In this document: positions 57,652 to 64,000 of the stretch, piece by piece
Layout of the letters: each line of letters opens with the position of its first letter
How positions within the stretch are numbered: the stretch's first letter is position 1
From: a plasmid
Sequence record: NZ_CP092111.1
Length of the DNA: 64,000 nucleotides
Direction: 5' to 3' (one strand)
Position numbers and translations under genes: made by a program
The notes under the pieces: model-generated
Seen by the model: the letters and a program-made list of their open reading frames with translations, nothing else
Database searches by the model: none
What the model was told of the DNA's origin: nothing

Positions 57652-59574
57652 ATGTATATGTCAATAAAGAAACTATCGGTGCTGTTTAGTATTTTTTTGA
57701 TTGCTTTGAGCTCGATCTTCTCGTTTGCAGGGAACAAAGCTTTTGCAGATTCATTTGCGGGAGACCCTAATACTAAAGTTACTGGATGGGCGTTTGATGA
57801 GAGTATCGGCGGATACCTGCCTACCGAGCAAATCAAGTCAGTAAGTGATCCGACCAGATTTGCCTATTGCCTGGAGCCTGGAAAACACTCTCCTGACCAT
57901 GTAGATATGCCATCTGCAGGACAAATGAATGACAAGGTATATCGGGTTCTGTCATATGGATATCCAAACGCTACAGCGAGCGAATTAGGAGTTAGTAGCA
58001 ATGCCAAGGCTCATTATGCCACGCAAATTGCAATTTGGCTTACAATCGGTGAGGTGAAAGCTTCCAATCTTACCTACAGTGACAATAGCATCGAAAAGGC
58101 GGTTCAGCACCTTTTAAATAAAGCTGCAAGCGAAAAAGATACACAGAATGTCAGTGTTACAGTAACTCCGGACAATGCGAAAGCATCTGTGAAAGGAGAC
58201 TATCTCGTAACTGAGCCGTATACAGTAAAAAGCTCTGCAACAGGTACATACACTGTTTCTTTGTCTGGTGCTCCAAAGAATGCAGTTGTAACAGATGTAA
58301 ATGGGAAAGTAAAATCAACATTTTCAGCAAACGAGCAGTTTAAAATCCAGTTGCCAAAAAATACTCCGACAGACAAAGTCAAAGTTACTGTTAATACTGA
58401 AATGAACAAGCTTGTATCAATGCAATACAATTCAGATGGGACCTATCAAAACATTGTGTCTTTAAAAGAGGTTAAAAAGAATGTTGAGGTCGGTGTCTCT
58501 GCTTCATGGGAAACAACTGGTGCCCTTCAAATATTAAAAGTGACAGAGGACAATGCACCGTTAACGGGAGTTATCTTTGACATTTTTGATCAAAGTGGTG
58601 AGAAAGTAACTTCAGTTCAAACAGATAAAAACGGTAAAGCTACTGCTTCCAAATTGCCGATTGGTAAATATACAGCGGTGGAAACGAAAACTGCTGAGGG
58701 TTTCATTTTAGATCAAGAGCCCAAAACAGTTACCGTAAATGCAGATGAAACAACTACACTTTCCATCATAAACAAAAAAATTCGTGGAAATGTTGAATTG
58801 AAAAAAATTGATACTGATAGCAAGAATTCATTAGAAGGTGCTGTTTTCGAGCTCTTCAATAATAAAGGAAAAGCAATTGGCCAATACACAACTGATAAAG
58901 AAGGAAAAATCCTGATTAAGAATTTAGAATATGGATCATATTCATTTGTTGAAAAGAGCGCACCTAATGGCTATGTTTTAAACACTGAGCCAATTAATTT
59001 TGAAGTCAAAGAAAATAAAAAAACTGTGCAAATTCAAGCAGATAACAAAATGATTACCGGCTCGCTAGAAATTACGAAAACCGATGTGGCAGACGGTAAT
59101 ACTCGCTTAAAAGGTGCAGAATTTACTATCTTTAATGAAAATGGTGAAGAGGTTGCCAAGGGGAAAACAGATAAAGATGGTATAGCTCGTTTTGATAATT
59201 TACCATTTGGCCAATACACTTATAAAGAGACATTTGCGCCAAAAGGATATTTAATCAATGAGGAAACATTTTCTTTTGAGATCAAAGAAAATGGCCAAAT
59301 CATTAAACACATGGTGGCTGATAAGAAAAAAGCTGTTGCCGCAGCTCCAGTTTTCGAAAAAGCTTCACCTGTCGTGAAAACAGAAAAAGTGCAAACTGTT
59401 ATTAAACCGGTTCAGAATACTGTCAAAGAAGAACAGCCGGTTAAAGAAAACACATTGCCGAACACTGGAAATCCTAATCAGTACCGAGCTGTAATGATTG
59501 GCCTTTTCTTAATCATTATCGGTGCCGCATGGTATTTGTTAAAGCGTAAAAAGACACAATCTGATAGTGAGTAA
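57652..59574 (+). CDS. LPXTG-anchored surface adhesin with N-terminal thioester (TED) domain and 3 CnaB/SpaA-like repeats
   Basis: Signal peptide; YCLEPGK Cys and HYATQIAIW (TQxAIW) thioester signature; three repeats ...LEGAVFELFN.KG..I...TD.DG.....L..G.Y...E..AP.GY; C-terminal LPNTG + TM + KRKK. Confidence 0.75.
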   Translation: MYMSIKKLSVLFSIFLIALSSIFSFAGNKAFADSFAGDPNTKVTGWAFDESIGGYLPTEQIKSVSDPTRFAYCLEPGKHSPDHVDMPSAGQMNDKVYRVLSYGYPNATASELGVSSNAKAHYATQIAIWLTIGEVKASNLTYSDNSIEKAVQHLLNKAASEKDTQNVSVTVTPDNAKASVKGDYLVTEPYTVKSSATGTYTVSLSGAPKNAVVTDVNGKVKSTFSANEQFKIQLPKNTPTDKVKVTVNTEMNKLVSMQYNSDGTYQNIVSLKEVKKNVEVGVSASWETTGALQILKVTEDNAPLTGVIFDIFDQSGEKVTSVQTDKNGKATASKLPIGKYTAVETKTAEGFILDQEPKTVTVNADETTTLSIINKKIRGNVELKKIDTDSKNSLEGAVFELFNNKGKAIGQYTTDKEGKILIKNLEYGSYSFVEKSAPNGYVLNTEPINFEVKENKKTVQIQADNKMITGSLEITKTDVADGNTRLKGAEFTIFNENGEEVAKGKTDKDGIARFDNLPFGQYTYKETFAPKGYLINEETFSFEIKENGQIIKHMVADKKKAVAAAPVFEKASPVVKTEKVQTVIKPVQNTVKEEQPVKENTLPNTGNPNQYRAVMIGLFLIIIGAAWYLLKRKKTQSDSE

Positions 59575-59632
59575 GATGACATAGAGAGACAGCTGTTTGC
59601 TGTCTCTTTCTTATACGGAGGTTTTTTAAGAC

Positions 59633-60229
59633 ATGAAGTCTAAACTTTTTCCTGTTTTTTTGTTAATTGTTGGACTGTTGGTAGCTTGGTTTGGGGGCGG
59701 AAAAGACATAATATCGAGCAAGCAGAAAACAAACACATCTCTTGCTGAAGCGAAAGAAATCATAAAAGAAAGCAAGACAGAGAAAGCTTCTGAAAACAAT
59801 AAGCAAGAAGGAAAAAACGAATCATTCCAAGTGAAAAATGGTGAAACGGTTGGGATTCTCTCTATTCCCAAAATTGATGCTGAACTACCGATTGTGGAAG
59901 GTACTGCAGCAGAAGACCTGAGTAAAGGCGTTGGTCATTATAAAGGCAGCAGCTATCCGAATGAGAATGGGCAAATTGTTCTTTCGGGCCATCGGGATAC
60001 AGTTTTTCGGCGCACTGGTGAGCTAAAGCATGGCGATACTCTTAAACTAAGTTTGTCTTACGGAGAATTTGAATATAAGATTACAGATACTAAAATTGTT
60101 GATGAGAATGACACTTCTGTTATTACTCTGCAGCATAAAGAAGAAGAATTGATACTGACGACATGTTATCCATTTTCATACATAGGAGACGCACCAGAGC
60201 GTTATATCATATATGCTGCTCCTATTTAA
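59633..60229 (+). CDS. sortase (membrane-anchored transpeptidase)
   Basis: N-terminal TM; LSGHRD (His), LILTTCYP (TLxTC Cys), downstream Arg. Confidence 0.85.
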   Translation: MKSKLFPVFLLIVGLLVAWFGGGKDIISSKQKTNTSLAEAKEIIKESKTEKASENNKQEGKNESFQVKNGETVGILSIPKIDAELPIVEGTAAEDLSKGVGHYKGSSYPNENGQIVLSGHRDTVFRRTGELKHGDTLKLSLSYGEFEYKITDTKIVDENDTSVITLQHKEEELILTTCYPFSYIGDAPERYIIYAAPI

Positions 60230-60328
60230 TTAGGCGCTTATGAAATGTTTATTTGTATTGACAGACAGGTAGTGGAAAGATAAGATTTACACAATGATAA
60301 GTCAATTTCCACAAGGAAGGTAAGTTTT

Positions 60329-60490
60329 ATGTCTGCAAATAATGAAGTGACTGCAAAGATTTCGAAAAAAACGGACGATATGCTGGATGAGTTAAAATTG
60401 GAATCGAAAAAAAATGGTGAAAAAAAATACAAAAAAGAACTTATGGAGACTGCAGTTACTGAATATTACAATAAAATTTTTAAAAAATAG
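60329..60490 (+). CDS. small K/E-rich protein (53 aa), possible RHH-like
   Basis: SD ggaagg; followed by terminator. Not in the >=60-aa ORF track. Confidence 0.3.
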   Translation: MSANNEVTAKISKKTDDMLDELKLESKKNGEKKYKKELMETAVTEYYNKIFKK

Positions 60491-60501
60491 ATACTGTATT
60501 A

Positions 60502-60536
60502 AAAGGAAGCTGTCACCAAGATAGCTTCTTTTTTTA
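60502..60536 (+). terminator. rho-independent terminator (gaagctgtcaccaagatagcttc + T9)
   Basis: Seen in sequence. Confidence 0.6.
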
Positions 60537-60539
60537 CCT

Positions 60540-61260
60540 TTAGTAGCCAGGACGGTCCATTGCCTGCCCTGGACAAAAAAAGCCGGTGCTGGTCGGCTCC
60601 GGAATCCTGGTGCCCCGCAGCTTCGATGAGCCGCAGAGACTTCATGGCGCGGCGCTGCCGGTGCGGCCCTGATCGGCCCCGTAAACGCGGGGCGTTTTCT
60701 CCTTCAGATGCTCTCCTGCTGGCGCCGGATCGGGGCCGACGGCCGCGGAGCTCCTTCAGCAGCCAGGGTGTCCCGTTGCCTGCCCTGGACACAAAAAAGC
60801 CGGCGCCTGGCTGGTTCCGGAATCTGGTGCCCCGCAGCTTCGATGAGCCGCAGAGACTTCATGGCGCGGCGCTGCCGGTGCGGCCCTGATCGGCCCCGTA
60901 AACGCGGGGCGTTTTCTCCTTCAGATGCTCTCCTGCTGGCGCCGGATCGGGGCCGACGGCCGCGGAGCTCCTTCAGCGGTAAAGGGCGTCCCGTTGCCGG
61001 CCACAAAAAAGCCGGCGCCCGGCCGGTTCCGGAATCCGGTTGCCCGCAGCTTCGATGAGCCGCAGAGACTTCATGGCGCGGCGCTGCCCGTGTGGCCCTG
61101 ATCGCCCCGTAAACGCGGGGCGTTTTCTCCTTCAGATGTTGCCCTGCCGACGCCGATCGGACCGACGGCCGCGGATCTCCTTCAGCAGCCAGGGTGTCCC
61201 GTTGCCTGCCCTGGACACAAAAAAGCCGGCGCCTGGCCTGATCTGGAGTCTTGCTGCTCC
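60540..61260. repeat. REP-like array, family 1, opposite orientation
   Basis: Reverse complements of the family-1 blocks (cgtaaacgcggggcgttttc, ccgcagcttcgatgagccgcagagacttcatggcgcgg). Confidence 0.8.
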
Positions 61261-61492
61261 TGCCGCAAGGTCTACGATCTTTCCAAGAGGAACCATCCCC
61301 CTATGCATTCTTGAACGCCCTGTAAACGTGGTGTGTCTTTCGTCATCAGCGTGTACACTCCTTATTGTCGCGCTGTTCCTGTGCTGATGGTTCCTGAAAT
61401 AAGGATATTCCTTACTAAAAAAGAAAAGTAATGATAAAGTTATTCATACAAAGAGTGAAAAGAGGGATTTGAATTGGCAGATTTTATTGTGA

Positions 61493-62020
61493 ATAAGGCA
61501 GGAGCAAAGGTTTATAGTAATAGGCCTCAATTCCGGCTTCCGATATACCGAAGGTCTGTCACTTTTCAACCTCGGAATCTGTTTTGAACGACAAAAAATG
61601 TTCATCGAAGCTTCAAATTGCTTTAAACAAGCGATAAGGATTCCAGAGCACTTAGCATCTTATGTTGGTACACGCTCCACTTATATGTTGAGTAAAGTTC
61701 TATTTCAACTGGGAGCTTATGAAGCCGCCCAATCATGGTATGAAAAAGCTCTGAAAAGAGCCACGGATGAAGGAGAACAGGAGTATCTGGCGAAATTAAA
61801 ACTTGTATACTCTTTGTATGCGGAGCAAAATGACCAAGAAGTGAGAAAAAATCTTCATGTCCTTGATGATATGAAACTTTGGACAGAAACAGCCGATCTT
61901 TCACTCGAAATTGCTGAATACTATAAGAGTAAGGCTGATCTTGAAAAAGCCGCGTATTACTTTGAACACGGTCATTTTGCCAAGGACAAAATCATTAAAA
62001 TATCGGAGGCGTTATTATGA
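61493..62020 (+). pseudogene. rap: N-terminally truncated rap (C-terminal ~175 aa of a Rap TPR protein only)
   Basis: Open frame from stop at 61490; GICFERQKMFIEASNCFKQAIRIPEH...EQEYLAKLKLVYSLYAEQ aligns with residues about 215-383 of the intact Rap at 55032; no N-terminal Rap signature upstream. Confidence 0.6.
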
Positions 62021-62148
62021 AGAAAAAAACACTTCTGCTCACTCTGCTAACTGTGTCAGCTTTGTTGCTGGTCTCTCCTACCTTTGCGAACGATACAACC
62101 CTTTCAAGTAAACCCATTCAAATTGCAGAAAAAGCAGTATTTATTTGA
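62017..62148 (+). CDS. phr: Phr precursor (43 aa) overlapping the truncated rap stop (ATGA)
   Basis: MKKKTLLLTLLTVSALLLVSPTFANDTTLSSKPIQIAEKAVFI; same overlap geometry as the intact cassette. Confidence 0.55.
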   Translation: MKKKTLLLTLLTVSALLLVSPTFANDTTLSSKPIQIAEKAVFI

Positions 62149-62199
62149 GGTCTGACATTCAACAAAAAAGGCGGACTCTTGAAAAAAGAGCCTGTCTTT

Positions 62200-63110
62200 T
62201 TTGTTTTTTCCTCGCTTCTACGCTTCAGCAAACAATCGTGAATGCCTGGCATTTTCGTTCCGATCGGCCGGACCGCCCCCCGAACCTGCAAAATGCAGGT
62301 TCGTATCTGCAATGCGCTCGCCTTTCGGCTGGAGCCGTTTTCTCTCATCTTCAGCTGTACGCTTCCGCAGGTGGACTGTGAACGCCTGGCGGTTTCTCAT
62401 CAATCGCCAGGGGGGCTGCCAAGGTATTCCTGAGTTGACACCCACCGCAACCTACGACACATGGCCATGAAAAAAACGGACGTCTTCCCGCTGATCTGTG
62501 AAAAAATAGGATTGAACACTGACCGTTTAATTTTTGAAACGGTCGGAATGCTTTCGAAAGGATGGCACTTGGTCACGAAGAAGTGTTCTGGTATCCGAAT
62601 GCCACCGGCTCCAGTTTATCTTCAGCTACCAACTTCTGCAGGCGGGCCGTGATCGCCCATGTTTTACTTATCGATCACCGGGGACGCCGGTGGATTTCCT
62701 GAATTGATACCGTGTGGGGCGTTCCTGACCATGAAAAAGCCGGTTGCTCTCCGATCGGCCAAATCGGGTTGCTGAGACGCGATCCCCGAATCTGCAAAAT
62801 GAAGGTTCGTAACTGCAATGCGCCCGCTTTTCGGTCGTTTCCGGATTCTGTTCATCTCCAGCTGTCGGCAGCCGCAGCCTACGACACATGGCCATGAAAA
62901 AAACGGACGCCTTTCCGATGATCTGGACTGAAAAAATAGAATTGAACACTGACCGTTTAATTTTTGAAACGGTCGGAATGCTTTCACAGGAGGGCTGCTA
63001 TCGGATGTTCTACAGCTGTTGTCAGGCTGGCGCTTGGTCACGAAAAAGTGTTTTGGGCTCCGAATGCTACCAGATCCAGCCTATCTTCAGCTGCCGCGTC
63101 TCCACAGACG
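62200..63110. repeat. second repeat family: two ~430-510-bp units with perfect hairpins (gaacctgca-aaa-tgcaggttc; accgttt-N-aaacggt)
   Basis: Blocks acgacacatggccatgaaaaaaacggacg...gaacactgaccgtttaatttttgaaacggtcggaatgctttc occur at 62453 and 62878; ctgcaaaatgNaggttcgtaNctgcaatgcgc occurs at 62282 and 62797. Confidence 0.7.
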
Positions 63111-63125
63111 GTCACAAAGTGAATT

Positions 63126-63986
63126 TTATGCCTCTACACATAATGATTTTGCGGTTTGAACGAGGCTGCTTATACCCCTGCTGTCCATTAGACGAAAAGG
63201 TTTTTCGTACTTCTTAGCAAATTCTTTGGCTTTTTCAGCTGTGGGATGATTAATATTTAACTTCATCGTAATTAACATATCACAGCCTTTTATCATGCTT
63301 TCAAGCCGTTTCGTATCTTCATTTCCGTAAGCATGGATAAGCTCTCCTCCAATACTTACTATCGCTTTTTCAAATTCTGCTGTTCTTCCCTCTCCACCTA
63401 ATAATAAGACCTTTTTACCTTTCAATTCATTTGTTTCCTTGGTATCCGATTTAGGATTTTTGATTTTATAGTTAGAAGAAGGCAAAGGGGGCACGTGAGG
63501 CGATCCTTCTGTATTATGCTTCCATATCACTTTGAACACATCTATATTGTTACTATAATAAGCAATATCAACAATTGAGCCTACTTCAAGGTCTTCCTTA
63601 ATGCGCGCCTCGTTGTTGATAAGGAAAGTATGTGGAACATCATTATATTTAATCGATTTGATTTTCCCATCCTTATCTAAGTATTCAGAAGCAACCAGCA
63701 TTGAATCTCGCTTTGACAAAATACAATAATTTAATTGAACTCTATTCGTTGGTCTTTGTTCTGCGACTTTTTCAACTAATTCAAAATGATACTTATCGTT
63801 ACCTAAGTGGACTGCTGAAATGAAATCCCCATCTTCCAAACCCAGCTTCCGTATAATATTTTCAGGAACATATAAATCAATCTCTTCTAAATACCCTCCT
63901 TTTAACTGCCTTTTTAATTCATAGCGATTTTTACTCTTTGGTTTTGTTTCCTCTTCTGACGGAGTATTTTCCGGAACATCTTCCAA
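63126..63986 (-). CDS. DUF2325-like domain protein, paralog of 12899..13927; 5' end may lie beyond the window
   Basis: About 85% nucleotide identity over the C-terminal 600 bp with 12899-13500. Confidence 0.45.
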   Translation of the reverse strand: MEDVPENTPSEEETKPKSKNRYELKRQLKGGYLEEIDLYVPENIIRKLGLEDGDFISAVHLGNDKYHFELVEKVAEQRPTNRVQLNYCILSKRDSMLVASEYLDKDGKIKSIKYNDVPHTFLINNEARIKEDLEVGSIVDIAYYSNNIDVFKVIWKHNTEGSPHVPPLPSSNYKIKNPKSDTKETNELKGKKVLLLGGEGRTAEFEKAIVSIGGELIHAYGNEDTKRLESMIKGCDMLITMKLNINHPTAEKAKEFAKKYEKPFRLMDSRGISSLVQTAKSLCVEA

Positions 63987-64000
63987 GCAAGATTCAAAGT

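Noticed and set aside
60499-61387. ORFs 60499-60792, 60560-60889, 60704-61006, 60708-61058, 61040-61387
   Set aside because: REP-derived (inverted array).
62118-63041. ORFs 62118-62348, 62145-62381, 62201-62470, 62218-62445, 62664-63041, 62668-62949 and others
   Set aside because: They lie within repeat family 2 and its GC-rich flanks; the frames are mutually overlapping.

Overview
This window looks like a large stretch of a pLS20-family conjugative plasmid or ICE from a low-GC Bacillaceae host. It is not pLS20 itself, because it is peppered with GC-rich REP-like palindromic element arrays of about 220 bp.

Replication, partition and host-control modules I can support from sequence:
- An orphan C5 cytosine methyltransferase with an unusual four-fold internal repeat in its target-recognition region.
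- A leading-region-like set of small genes: CoiA-like, two RadC-like JAB proteins, two NucA/NucB-like secreted DNases and an acidic protein.
- An Hfq paralog inside a cassette flanked by inverted repeats.
- An Alp7A/ParM-like actin partition system with TGATATCA centromere iterons.
- A large Rep protein.
- Rap-Phr quorum-sensing cassettes: one intact, and one N-terminally truncated rap with an intact phr.
- Rok (comK repressor) and AbrB paralogs, and a SprT-like protease.

Conjugation and surface modules:
- A Gram-positive type IV secretion module: VirD4-like coupling protein, VirB3/VirB4/VirB6/VirB8-like proteins and a CwlT-like two-domain hydrolase.
- An LPXTG thioester-domain adhesin with a dedicated sortase.
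- A short tyrosine recombinase.

The most interesting unexplained structure is a promoter/operator/5'UTR module of about 90 bp present in six copies upstream of a cluster of small unknown genes at 38-42 kb. The same cluster contains a promoter-to-terminator unit of about 85 nt whose sequence is antisense to the conserved 5'UTR and Shine-Dalgarno region of those genes. I read this as a candidate sRNA-controlled regulon or anti-defence island.

Many ORFs in the six-frame track lie inside REP arrays and are rejected as spurious.
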